In this document: positions 19,044-28,316 of the stretch, in pieces
How the letters are laid out: the number at the start of each line of letters is the position of its first letter
How positions within the stretch are numbered: position 1 is the stretch's first letter
Source: an uncultured virus (IMG/VR IMGVR_UViG_3300046747_000190)
Lineage: Duplodnaviria > Heunggongvirae > Uroviricota > Caudoviricetes
IMG/VR virus record: IMGVR_UViG_3300046747_000190
Direction: 5' to 3' (one strand)
Length of the DNA: 64,000 nucleotides
The notes under the pieces: model-generated
What the model was told of the DNA's origin: nothing
What the model saw: only the letters and a program-made list of their open reading frames with translations
The model's database searches: none
Position numbers and translations under genes: made by a program

Positions 19044-19497
19044 TGATTGCGTCTTTCTCGACCACGATGCCTGTTTCACAACTCGCGGCTGGTATCCGCA
19101 ACTGCTGGCAGCGATCGAGCGGTACCCGGATGCCGGACTCTTCGGCGCGATGACGAACCGGATCGGCAACAAAGAACAAATCCCAGCGGGAGCGCCGGCA
19201 GGTCACGACATGCTGGTCCACAGGCAATTCGGGCTCGCTCTGCAACAGCAATACGGAACGGAAGCGATTGACATCACGGACCGACATTTGCTGAGCGGCG
19301 TGGTCCTATGCCTTACCGCAGCGGGCCGAGTCGGGATGCAGATTCCAGACGGCTTCTTCGGAGTGGACAACCAAATGCACCGCGAGAGCCGACGCATGGG
19401 GAAGCGGATCTATCTGCTGCGCGGATTTTACGTGCAGCACCTTTATAGAGCTGATGGCATTGGCCACCCGGGTGCGCCGAGGGCTGCCAAGCGCTGA
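18958..19497 (+). CDS. Glycosyltransferase, GT-A fold (short)
   Basis: NLGAAY, CVFLDHDACF (DxD), GFFGVDN, YVQHLYR. Confidence 0.75.
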   Translation: MLMTAIAYDVERNLGAAYRAILSRLQPNDDCVFLDHDACFTTRGWYPQLLAAIERYPDAGLFGAMTNRIGNKEQIPAGAPAGHDMLVHRQFGLALQQQYGTEAIDITDRHLLSGVVLCLTAAGRVGMQIPDGFFGVDNQMHRESRRMGKRIYLLRGFYVQHLYRADGIGHPGAPRAAKR

Positions 19498-19520
19498 GAC
19501 CGAGACAATAGGAGGACAGG

Positions 19521-19928
19521 ATGGCTGAACCGACAATCGCGCTAGAAGTCTGCCAGGCGGAATTCGAGCGCTTCACCGAAGCGATGGGGCTCGAGCTCTA
19601 CGAGTCCGGCATGGCGGAGGAAGATCGGAAATCCTTCGTCGTCGCGCGCGAGCGCCTGTTCAAGGCCATGCAGGCCGGGAGCCTCGTCATCGATGAATCG
19701 GGCCGAGCCGTCTTCACGCCGGTCGTCGGAGACCGTTCGCCCATCGTGTTCCACGAACCGTCGGGCGCGTCGCTCATGGCGATGGATCAGAAGAAGACCG
19801 GGCACGACGTCGGCAAGATGTTTGCCTTCATGGCGGACGCGACCAAGCAGCCGCCGTCCCGGTTCGCTGGAATGGCCAACCGAGACTTGAAGGTCTGTCA
19901 GTCGATTACGATGCTTTTTTTGGGCTGA
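19521..19928 (+). CDS. Tail assembly chaperone
   Basis: GGAGG RBS; position before the tape measure; ends at a slippery T7G. Confidence 0.85.
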   Translation: MAEPTIALEVCQAEFERFTEAMGLELYESGMAEEDRKSFVVARERLFKAMQAGSLVIDESGRAVFTPVVGDRSPIVFHEPSGASLMAMDQKKTGHDVGKMFAFMADATKQPPSRFAGMANRDLKVCQSITMLFLG

Positions 19929-20164
19929 GGGCAGTCGCGCTCCTCGTTCGAGGAGGCAAAGACGCGCGGCTGCCGCCCGAGAAAGATACGGGGAGAGAGC
20001 TGCACACGCTCGCACGAGTACACGGTGAGATGCTGCTGCAGATCTGCCGCGACTATCCGGGGCTCCCCGATCCTCGCACCATGACGCTCGCAGAGATCCG
20101 ATTCTTTTACGACGGGCTCCGTCCCGAGCTCCGCGAGACGACGAAAGCGCGACCGAAGAGATAG
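19915..20164 (+). CDS. -1 frameshift extension of the tail assembly chaperone (P2 gpE+E'-like)
   Basis: TTTTTTTG at 19915-19922; -1 frame is open to TAG at 20162-20164 and encodes LLQICRDYPGLPDPRTMTLAEIRFFY. Confidence 0.8.
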
Positions 20165-20168
20165 AACG

Positions 20169-22316
20169 ATGGCCGGACGGTTTTCAATTGAGGCTTTCTT
20201 TAAGGCGATCGATGGCTTCTCCGCTCCCGTCGCGAAGATGCAGACCGGCCTCACCAAGTTCACGAGGAGCGCGAGCGTCGGCCTCGGTCAGCTGAACGGC
20301 GGCGTAGACAAGGCAATGGGCGCGCTGAAGGCGCTCGGCGCCGCGACGGTCGCTGTAGGGCTGGTCGGCGGCGCTGCCATGCTGCACGTCGGCGAAGCGG
20401 GAGCGCATTTCGAACAAGCGATCACGAACGTGGGCGCCGTTATGGGCAAGAACCGCGGCCAGATCCAGGAGCTCGAAAAGGAGGCCATGCGCCTCGGCGT
20501 CGTGACTCAGTTCTCATCGAGCGAAGTCGCCGACGCCATGGAGATGATGGCCCGCAAGGGCTTCGACTCGAAGGAAATCCTGGCGGGCATCCCGGGCGTG
20601 CTGAACGCCGTCGCGGCGTCCGGCGAGGGCATGGCCGAGGTGAGCACGGTCGTCGGTAGCGCGATCCGAGGTTTCGGCCTGGAGGCGTCGCAGACGGACA
20701 AGGTCGCCAACATCCTTGCATTCACAGCAGAGAAGACCGGCGCTCGCATCACCGAGATGGGCGAAGCGCTCTCGATTGCAGCGCCTACCGCGAAGACTCT
20801 CGGCGTCTCGATCGAGGACACGGCTACCGCGGTCGGACTGCTCCAGAAGATGGGCATCGATGCCAGCACGGCGGGCTCGGCTACCGCGACGATGCTCGCG
20901 AAGATCTCGAAGCCATCGAAAGAGGCCGCCGACAAGATGGCGGCCATGGGGATCAAGTTCAAGGACTCGAAGGGCAACATGCTCGCCTTTCGAGACGTCC
21001 TCGGGCAGTTCATCAAGGTCGGCGACAAGGCCGGCGGCAATATGGACCGGATGGCCTTCTTCGCCGAGCTCGTCGGGCTCCGTGGCGACAAGGCCGCCCT
21101 CGGGCTCGCCGACATGGCCAAGTCGGGCGACTTCGACAAGCTCGCCGATGGCGTGCGAAACGTTGGCGACTATGCCGGCAAGGTCGCCAAGATCCGAATG
21201 GACACGACGATGGGATCGTGGAAGCTCCTGACGTCCACCGTCGAGGTGCTCGAGACGAAGCTCTTCAACCTGAAGAGCGGGGCCCTCCGCGGCGTCATCG
21301 ACGGCACGAATGCGTGGATTGCTGCGAACCAAGATCTCATAGTGCAGAAGGTCCAGGACACGATCGCCGGCATCGCCGACAACCTGCCGAAGATCGTCAT
21401 GTGGGGCGAACGTATCGGGAAGATCGTGGGCGTCTTTACTGCCGTCGCCGTCGCCATCAAGCTAGTGGCGGCCGCGCAATGGGTTTGGAACGCAGCAGCC
21501 GCAGCCAACCCTTTCACCCTCTGGATCGTCGGCCTCACGATCGTCACCGCGCTGCTTATTGCGTTCTGGCCAGAGGTAAAACAGGCCGGCGAGTGGATCG
21601 GCAGGCTGTCGACGGCGGTGAAAGTTTCGGCGGTCGCCCTGGGCATTCTGATCGCCGTGCAGACGTCCTCCCGCGTCGCGATGATCGCGAGCACTGCCGC
21701 CTCATGGGCCTACAACGCGGCGCTCGCGATCGGGCAGGCGAGCACGACTGGCTTCACGGCGTCGACCATCGCGTCTTCCCTCGCTTCCGGAGCATGGTCG
21801 GCAGTCCTATGGCTGCGCACGGCGGCGACCACGGCTTACACGACCGTCACGGAGGTGGCGACCGCGGCGATGGCCGCCTACCGGCTGGCCTCCATGGAGG
21901 GCATAGCGGCGACGGTAGCAGCCACCATTTCATTCGCACCGTTCCTCGTAACGGTCGCAGCGGCTGCGGCCGCGATTGGCGCCCTCGTTCTGGCCTGGAA
22001 TCAGTGGAAGGCGCTGAACGCCGAGACGGGCGGACTCGGCATTACCGGCACGATCGGCGAAATGATCAAGCAAGGAACATTCGACCCCGCGAAAGCCGTC
22101 AACACCTTCCAGAATCAGCAGGCGCAGGCCAACGCTACGGACACGACTCAGATGGTACCACCTCGCGCCTCTCTCTCGACGACTAGCATCGAGCAGATCA
22201 ACTCGACGAGCCGAGGCGAGGTCACGATCAGGGATACGACTGGAAAGGCCGCCATCACGAAGAAACCGACTGGCGGCGGATTCGGTCTCGCACTCACGCC
22301 GAGCGGAGCCTACTGA
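20169..22316 (+). CDS. Tape measure protein (TP901-family core)
   Basis: TQFSSSEVADAM, GIDASTAGSA, Ala-rich hydrophobic repeats with ANP. Confidence 0.95.
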   Translation: MAGRFSIEAFFKAIDGFSAPVAKMQTGLTKFTRSASVGLGQLNGGVDKAMGALKALGAATVAVGLVGGAAMLHVGEAGAHFEQAITNVGAVMGKNRGQIQELEKEAMRLGVVTQFSSSEVADAMEMMARKGFDSKEILAGIPGVLNAVAASGEGMAEVSTVVGSAIRGFGLEASQTDKVANILAFTAEKTGARITEMGEALSIAAPTAKTLGVSIEDTATAVGLLQKMGIDASTAGSATATMLAKISKPSKEAADKMAAMGIKFKDSKGNMLAFRDVLGQFIKVGDKAGGNMDRMAFFAELVGLRGDKAALGLADMAKSGDFDKLADGVRNVGDYAGKVAKIRMDTTMGSWKLLTSTVEVLETKLFNLKSGALRGVIDGTNAWIAANQDLIVQKVQDTIAGIADNLPKIVMWGERIGKIVGVFTAVAVAIKLVAAAQWVWNAAAAANPFTLWIVGLTIVTALLIAFWPEVKQAGEWIGRLSTAVKVSAVALGILIAVQTSSRVAMIASTAASWAYNAALAIGQASTTGFTASTIASSLASGAWSAVLWLRTAATTAYTTVTEVATAAMAAYRLASMEGIAATVAATISFAPFLVTVAAAAAAIGALVLAWNQWKALNAETGGLGITGTIGEMIKQGTFDPAKAVNTFQNQQAQANATDTTQMVPPRASLSTTSIEQINSTSRGEVTIRDTTGKAAITKKPTGGGFGLALTPSGAY

Positions 22317-23683
22317 TGGCCTTCCCGCCTGACGTGCCACCGCTCCTCGCCGCCGCCCTCGGGCTCTTCGGCGTCGATCAGAGCTGGAAGGATCGCCTCC
22401 GAGAGGCCGCCTACACGTCCCCGAAGGGCACGCGCATCAAGTTCGCCTACGAGGAGGTCAGCCGCGAGACGTCGAAGCGCGGCACGGCCTTTGAATTCCC
22501 CGGCGTAAATAACGGCTACGTCCAGCAGAACGGCTACGGCTCGAGACGTTACCCGCTCCGCTGTTTCTTCTGGGGGAAGGACAACGACCGGATCGCCACC
22601 GCGTTCGAGAGCGCGCTGCTCGAGGATGGCCTCGGTAAGCTCGAGCACCCACTCTACGGCTCGCTCAAGGTCGTCCCGTTCGGTGACGTCGTCCGTCGCG
22701 ATAACCTGAAGGAAGAGGCGAATCAATCGGTCGTCGAGGTCACGTTCTTCACGACGACCGGAGCCGTCTACCCGTCATCGACGGCGAACGGAGCCGACGA
22801 GATCGCGGCGGCACTCCTCGGCTTCGACGTCGCCGCCGCACAGCAGTTCTCCGCCAGCACGGATCTCCTCGGCGAGATCAACAAGGCCAACATCAAGGGC
22901 ACGATTCGGAAGTTCCTGCGTGAGGTGAGCGCGGCCATTCAGAGCGTTTCCGATGCGACGACTTCCGTCAGTCGGGAGTTCCGGGACATCCAACGGCTCG
23001 TCAATCTCAGCATGGACGTGCTCGTCGGGCAGCCTCTCCTGCTCGCCCAGCAGATCTCCAACCTCATCAAGGCCCCCGGGCGCGCGCTCGCGGGCATCGA
23101 ATCGCGGCTCGACGCCTACGCGGCGCTGGCGAAACGGATCTTCGGCAGCGCGGCGGGGCGACCTGGGGACGCGTTCAGCGGCGATAGCCCCATCCCTCAG
23201 CGAAGAAAGCGCATCGCGAACGACTTCCATACGTCCGACCTCTTCGCGATGAACGCGGTCGCCGGGAGCGTGCTCTCGGTCGCCAACACCACATTCGATA
23301 CGAAGACGCAAGCGATCGCCGCCGCCGCCGCCATCCTGACCCAGGTGGACGACGCCGTTGCGTGGAGAGACGCGGGTTTCAAAGCGCTGAGCGGCATTGC
23401 CGACGTCGGCACCTATCAGGTCGACACGGGGGACGCCTTCCAAGCCGTACAGCACGCGGCCGCGCTCGCCGCCGGCTTCCTCATCCAGATCTCGTTCTCG
23501 CTCGCCAACGAGAAGCGCATCACGCTCGACCGACCTCGGACGATCATCGACCTTTCCGCGGAACTCTATGGCAGCGTCGACGATCGGCTCGACTTCATCA
23601 TCCAGACGAACGACCTGACGGGCTCGGAAATACTGGAGCTCGATAGAGGTAAGAGGCTGGTCTACTACCCGCAAAATCCATGA
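22316..23683 (+). CDS. Mu gpN-like DNA circulation / tail tube initiator protein
   Basis: SWKDRLREAAY, FEFPG, GKLEHPLYG; LysM-like C-terminus LSAELYGS. Confidence 0.85.
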   Translation: MAFPPDVPPLLAAALGLFGVDQSWKDRLREAAYTSPKGTRIKFAYEEVSRETSKRGTAFEFPGVNNGYVQQNGYGSRRYPLRCFFWGKDNDRIATAFESALLEDGLGKLEHPLYGSLKVVPFGDVVRRDNLKEEANQSVVEVTFFTTTGAVYPSSTANGADEIAAALLGFDVAAAQQFSASTDLLGEINKANIKGTIRKFLREVSAAIQSVSDATTSVSREFRDIQRLVNLSMDVLVGQPLLLAQQISNLIKAPGRALAGIESRLDAYAALAKRIFGSAAGRPGDAFSGDSPIPQRRKRIANDFHTSDLFAMNAVAGSVLSVANTTFDTKTQAIAAAAAILTQVDDAVAWRDAGFKALSGIADVGTYQVDTGDAFQAVQHAAALAAGFLIQISFSLANEKRITLDRPRTIIDLSAELYGSVDDRLDFIIQTNDLTGSEILELDRGKRLVYYPQNP

Positions 23684-24921
23684 CCGGCCTGCCTTCGTTC
23701 GCCATACCGGGCGGCGGGAAGCTCGGTGCGCCGCTCGATCGGATGTCGCTGACGATTGGCGGCAAGAACTTCGACTTTTGGACCGAGGCGGAACTCACCC
23801 GCTCGATTGACGGCTACTCGACGGTCTCGTTCTCGGCGCCATTCGAGCCGGAACGGAAGGACTTCAGAGCGACCTTCAAGCCGTTCTCCTTCCAGCCGGT
23901 CACGCTCCTCATCGGTGGGAAGAAGGTCTTCACCGGCACGCTCATCGACATCGACCCGGATGCGGACGCCAACTCCTCGACCGTCAAGGTCACCTGCTAC
24001 GCGCGCCCCGCTGTGCTGCACGACTGCGAGCCACCCGCGAGCGCCTATCCGCTCGAGTTCAACGGCCTCGATATCGTCCAGATCGCTACACAGATTTGCA
24101 AGCCATTCGGCTTCACCGCGAGCGTAGAGACGCCGACGATCGCTCGGGACGGGTCGACGATCGACGCCGAGTTCATCCGACGGGCCGTCCACCGAGGCAA
24201 GCGAGGCGGCATCAAGGGCGGCAAGGGCAGCAAGTTCGCACGCCTCGCACTGAACCCGGGCGACAACCCGCAGGAGTTCCTCGCGGGGCTCGCGAAACAG
24301 CGGGGCGTCGTCATCACGGACGACGCCGACGGGAATCTGCTCTTCCGCAACTCGGTCGACGAGGGCAGCCCGGTCGTCACCCTTGCCGAGGGGCATCAGC
24401 CGCTCCTTTCGGTGAAGGCGAACTTTAACCCGCAAGACTATTTCAGCGAGATCACAGCATTTACCCCAGCCGTGCGGAATCGGAAGGGTGCGAACTACAC
24501 GCAACCGAACCCGCGGCTGACCGGCGTCGTGCGCCCAACTTCGTTCAAGCCGGACGACACCGACAAGTCGGAAGCGCCCGATGCCGCGGCGGCCAAGATG
24601 GGCCGCATGTTCGGTCAAATGGTCGGCTGGGACGTCGAGGTGCCGACGTTCTTTGATCCGAAGGGCGTCCTCTTCGCTCCGAATACGACCATCAAACTGA
24701 AGGCGCCACGCGCCATGATCTACTCTGAGACCGAGCTACTCGTGAGGACCGTGAAGCTGCGGCAAATGGCCGACTCCGCTATCTGTTCGCTCGGCGTCGT
24801 GCTGCTAGGGGCTTTCTCGGGAGAGTTCCCAGATTCGTTCCCATGGGACGAGGCGTCCGCGACAGGTCTCGGCGCTGGGTTGAACGCCATCCAATCTCTC
24901 GCCAGCAAGGCAGGGTTCTGA
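23680..24921 (+). CDS. Baseplate hub (Mu gpP/gp44-like)
   Basis: LTIGGK.F..W, IGGKKVFTG, LAKQRGVVITDDADGNL, FAPNT. Confidence 0.88.
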   Translation: MTGLPSFAIPGGGKLGAPLDRMSLTIGGKNFDFWTEAELTRSIDGYSTVSFSAPFEPERKDFRATFKPFSFQPVTLLIGGKKVFTGTLIDIDPDADANSSTVKVTCYARPAVLHDCEPPASAYPLEFNGLDIVQIATQICKPFGFTASVETPTIARDGSTIDAEFIRRAVHRGKRGGIKGGKGSKFARLALNPGDNPQEFLAGLAKQRGVVITDDADGNLLFRNSVDEGSPVVTLAEGHQPLLSVKANFNPQDYFSEITAFTPAVRNRKGANYTQPNPRLTGVVRPTSFKPDDTDKSEAPDAAAAKMGRMFGQMVGWDVEVPTFFDPKGVLFAPNTTIKLKAPRAMIYSETELLVRTVKLRQMADSAICSLGVVLLGAFSGEFPDSFPWDEASATGLGAGLNAIQSLASKAGF

Positions 24922-25463
24922 TGGGCCAGATTGGCGAGGTCATCAAGACCGAGAAGAGCACGCTGGACGATGGCTCCGAGCTCGTCGATGTCGTCGTCGA
25001 TCCGGGCGGTGGTGCGAATCTGAAGATCGCTCATTTCGCGGATGCCGGCGACGACTCGAAACCCCTGCCGGGAGACTTCTGCGCCTCCGAGGACGGCGGC
25101 GAGGGCACTGGCACTCAGCAGTCGACCGGCTACCACGACGCGAAGAACGCGTCGAAGTCCGCGGAGGGCGAGAAGCGGATCTATTCGCGCACGCCAGCAG
25201 GACTGCCAGCTGCGGAGATCTGGCTCAAGAAGGACGGCACGGTAGAGATCAACGGGCTGCTGATCGGTGGCGGGAAAGCGAAGCTCGATCCTCTGACGGG
25301 CGAGTGGGACTTCAACGGATTGAAGATCGACAAGGACGGGAACCTGACGACGCCTGGAGAGATCACCGCGAAGGATGCGACGCCAACAACGGCAGTGAAG
25401 CTCTCGACGCATCTTCACGGGACTGGGGTTGGGCCTACTACGCCCCCACAGGGGGGCACGTAG
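24921..25463 (+). CDS. Baseplate spike (Mu gp45/gpV-like)
   Basis: GDDSKPLPGD, GEKRIYSR, C-terminal THLH metal-binding apex. Confidence 0.88.
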   Translation: MGQIGEVIKTEKSTLDDGSELVDVVVDPGGGANLKIAHFADAGDDSKPLPGDFCASEDGGEGTGTQQSTGYHDAKNASKSAEGEKRIYSRTPAGLPAAEIWLKKDGTVEINGLLIGGGKAKLDPLTGEWDFNGLKIDKDGNLTTPGEITAKDATPTTAVKLSTHLHGTGVGPTTPPQGGT

Positions 25464-25536
25464 TGCTATAACGCGAATGCGCCTCGCGACGCTGCAAACG
25501 TCCGAGGCGCGTGGCCCACGGAAAGGATTGGTTCCC

Positions 25537-26241
25537 ATGGACAAGGCAACGGTCGCACGCTTCTGGTCTCGGGTCGACAAGAACTGGGCCGTGCCTGCGC
25601 GCGCTCCGCAGCTAGGACCATGTTGGATTTGGAGGGGGAAGACGCGAAAGGACGATCGCGGAATGATGGTCGCGAACGGCAGGGAGCAACGCGTCTCTCG
25701 GATTTCTTGGCAGATCCATGCGGGCCACGCACCAGGCGCGCTGTCCGTTCTGCACAAGTGCGACAATCCAAGATGCGTGAATCCGCGGCACCTCTTTCTT
25801 GGCACAGCATTGGACAACGTTCGAGACATGGACGCTAAGGGCCGCCGAGTGACGGTCGCGATGCGCGGCTCGTCGAACGGTAATTCGAAGCTCCGTGCTG
25901 AGGACGTGATTCGAATTCGCGACCTCTACACCGCTGGCACCACGCAGCCGGTTCTCTGCAAGATGTATGGAATTGCTCAAAGCAGCGTGTCTCGAATCGT
26001 ACTGTCCAAAGGATGGCCAGACGTTCTGGCTTCGAAGGCGCCGATCATTCGAGAAAGAAACAAAGCCGCGACGACCGGAGAAGCCAATCACAACGCGAAG
26101 ATGACGGCCGCATCGGTCCGAAGAATGCGGGAACGCTTTGGAAACGGCGCCGGCATCGCTCAGCTAGCCAGCGCGTTTTCCCTAAGCAAGACAAGCACCA
26201 GAAAGATCGTTAATCGAACTTCGTGGCGCCACGTGGCCTAA
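25537..26241 (+). CDS. HNH homing endonuclease with two C-terminal HTH repeats
   Basis: RFWSRVDK, CWIWRG, VLHKCDNPRCVNPRHLFLGTALDNVRDM, NSKL..EDV..IR and NAKMT...VRRMR. Confidence 0.93.
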   Translation: MDKATVARFWSRVDKNWAVPARAPQLGPCWIWRGKTRKDDRGMMVANGREQRVSRISWQIHAGHAPGALSVLHKCDNPRCVNPRHLFLGTALDNVRDMDAKGRRVTVAMRGSSNGNSKLRAEDVIRIRDLYTAGTTQPVLCKMYGIAQSSVSRIVLSKGWPDVLASKAPIIRERNKAATTGEANHNAKMTAASVRRMRERFGNGAGIAQLASAFSLSKTSTRKIVNRTSWRHVA

Positions 26242-26681
26242 TGCCTCTCTCCGCGTCGACCCTCAAGTCTCAGCTCGCATCCTGCTTCGCGAACCCGCCC
26301 GCGACGCTCGCCGCCTGCGCGCAGTCCTGGGCGGACGCCATGCAATCCTACGCGGCGGCCATCGTCCCCCCCTCCTCGACGGTGGCCGCGGCGGTCTCTA
26401 CGCTCTCCGGAGCGCTCGCGTCGGCATTCGCGGCACCGGCTGCCGCTCCAGGAATGGAGAGCGCCTTCGCCGCCTTCGCGACGACCGTAGGCGGCGGCAT
26501 GGCCGGATTCGCTCCCATCCCACCGCCCGCGCCGGTCGGCTTCGCGAGTCAGTTCGCGGGGCCTTATCCCGAGACGCACGAAGCGGCCGGCGACCAAATT
26601 GGAACGCTCATTCACTCCTGGATGTCGACCGGTTCGTCGACTCTCATCGCCCCGCCAAACACGCTCACGCCTTGGACCTAA
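26241..26681 (+). CDS. Hypothetical virion protein
   Basis: TAATG-coupled Ala/Pro-rich ORF within the baseplate cluster. Confidence 0.7.
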   Translation: MPLSASTLKSQLASCFANPPATLAACAQSWADAMQSYAAAIVPPSSTVAAAVSTLSGALASAFAAPAAAPGMESAFAAFATTVGGGMAGFAPIPPPAPVGFASQFAGPYPETHEAAGDQIGTLIHSWMSTGSSTLIAPPNTLTPWT

Positions 26682-27116
26682 ATGACCGACGTGCTCCTCC
26701 GACAGACCGACGACGGGGGAGAAATATCCTACGTCAATGGCGCCGCCATCATGTCGGATGGGCTCGAGAGCGCCGTCTATCTCAGCCTCTTCGGCGGCAA
26801 CATCGACGATGGCGGCCTGACAGAGGACGACGCGCGGAGCTGGTGGGGCAACGCGATCGAGCCGCTTGAGGAGCGCCGCTACCGAAGCCAGACGCAGGGC
26901 GTCCTCCGGTCCATGCCTGCCATCCCTGCGAACCTCCAAAGGGTGGACGATGCGGTCGGCGCCGATCTCGCGTGGATGCTGGACACGAAGCTCGCAACGT
27001 TCGTCGGCTCGGCCAGCACCATGCCCGCTATCAACACCGTGAAGATTTCAATCCGCGTCGAGATCGACGGCAAGATCTTCCCGTTCGAGTTCACAGAACC
27101 CTGGCGTAACAAATGA
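26682..27116 (+). CDS. Baseplate wedge (Mu gp46-like)
   Basis: GLESAVYLSLFGG, WWGN, DLAWML. Confidence 0.9.
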   Translation: MTDVLLRQTDDGGEISYVNGAAIMSDGLESAVYLSLFGGNIDDGGLTEDDARSWWGNAIEPLEERRYRSQTQGVLRSMPAIPANLQRVDDAVGADLAWMLDTKLATFVGSASTMPAINTVKISIRVEIDGKIFPFEFTEPWRNK

Positions 27117-28309
27117 GCCTCGCTGTCCCCACGACCGCCGAGATTTCGGACACGATCATCGCGCAGCTGGAGTCATCTCTTTCGGAGACGATTCCGCTGC
27201 TCCCGAAGTCGTTCTCCCGCGTGCTCGCCAAGGTGCTGGCTGGCGTCTTCATCCTGCTCTACAAATACGGCGGGTTCATCTTCCTCCAGCTCTTCGTCGC
27301 ACACGCGACGATGCGGGAGACGATCGTCAACGGAAAGACGATCCGCCCGCTGGTCGAATGGGGTCGGCTCATCGGAGTAGGCGATCCGATAGACGCAACC
27401 CTCGCCGAACTGGTCGTCACTGTGACGGTGACCAATCAGGTCGGGAACCTCGATGGCGGCGCGCAGCTCGTGCGAGCCGAGACGGGCTTCGTCTACGACT
27501 CGGTTGCAGCGGTCGCGCTCAGCGCGCCGACCGTCCAGATCACCATCAAGGCCGGCTCCGACCAGGACGGGAACGGCGGGGTCGGCGCGGTCGGGAACCT
27601 GCAACCCGGAGATATCGTTTCCTTTGCGAACCCGCTGCCCAACGTGCAGAGGGACGCTATCGTCCTTTCGCAGGCCGTCACGGCCGCAGACGCAGAGACC
27701 GTCGAGGCGTACAGAGCCCGCATCCTTCGGCGCTTTCAGAGGAAGCCGCAGGGCGGCGCATATGCCGACTATCAGGAGTGGAGCGACGGCGTCGCTGGCA
27801 TCCTGAACGCATACCCCTACGCGGGCAACCCGGGCGAGGTCGACGTCTACATCGAGGCTACGGTGGCCAGCTCTGGCTCTCCTGATGGCATCCCGACCGG
27901 CGCGCAGCTCATCGCGGTGAACGATGCCATCCAGCTCGATGTCGCTGGGCTCGCGACGAACCGACCGGTGAATGCGGCCGTCAACGTGTTGCCGATCACG
28001 CGCTCTGGTTTCGACGTCGTGATCTCTGGACTGGTGGCGGACGATCTCCCGACGCTGAAAACGTCCATCGAGACCGGGCTAGACGAATACCTGAGATCCC
28101 GCGAGCCCTTCATCGTCGGACTCTCGGTGCTGCCACGCGACGATCGCATCACGGTCGCGGCACTCGGCGGATTGGTCGACGGCATCGTCAGCGCGGCTGG
28201 CGGCACATGCACGTCCGTCGGATTCTCCGTCGATGCCGTAGGCCAGACCGCCTACACGCTCGGCAACGGCGAAAAAGCGAAGCTCACGATTCCAGCGACC
28301 TACATCTAG
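27113..28309 (+). CDS. Baseplate J (Mu gp47-like)
   Basis: ADAETVEAYRARIL, PQGGAYADYQEW, GEVDVY. Confidence 0.93.
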   Translation: MSLAVPTTAEISDTIIAQLESSLSETIPLLPKSFSRVLAKVLAGVFILLYKYGGFIFLQLFVAHATMRETIVNGKTIRPLVEWGRLIGVGDPIDATLAELVVTVTVTNQVGNLDGGAQLVRAETGFVYDSVAAVALSAPTVQITIKAGSDQDGNGGVGAVGNLQPGDIVSFANPLPNVQRDAIVLSQAVTAADAETVEAYRARILRRFQRKPQGGAYADYQEWSDGVAGILNAYPYAGNPGEVDVYIEATVASSGSPDGIPTGAQLIAVNDAIQLDVAGLATNRPVNAAVNVLPITRSGFDVVISGLVADDLPTLKTSIETGLDEYLRSREPFIVGLSVLPRDDRITVAALGGLVDGIVSAAGGTCTSVGFSVDAVGQTAYTLGNGEKAKLTIPATYI

Positions 28310-28316
28310 GAATTCA

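Noticed and set aside
12757..19497. Host LPS/capsule locus or serotype-conversion (gtrABC) cassette
   Set aside because: Embedded and coupled within the late operon; no flippase, polymerase or membrane GT recognised. Considered less likely, not excluded
12757..19497. DNA hypermodification cluster
   Set aside because: Located in the structural operon away from replication genes; no hydroxymethylase, TET/JBP, kinase or phage DNA polymerase recognised
18251..26241. Group I introns around the HNH genes
   Set aside because: Flanking genes appear complete and the intergenic space is too short for an intron core
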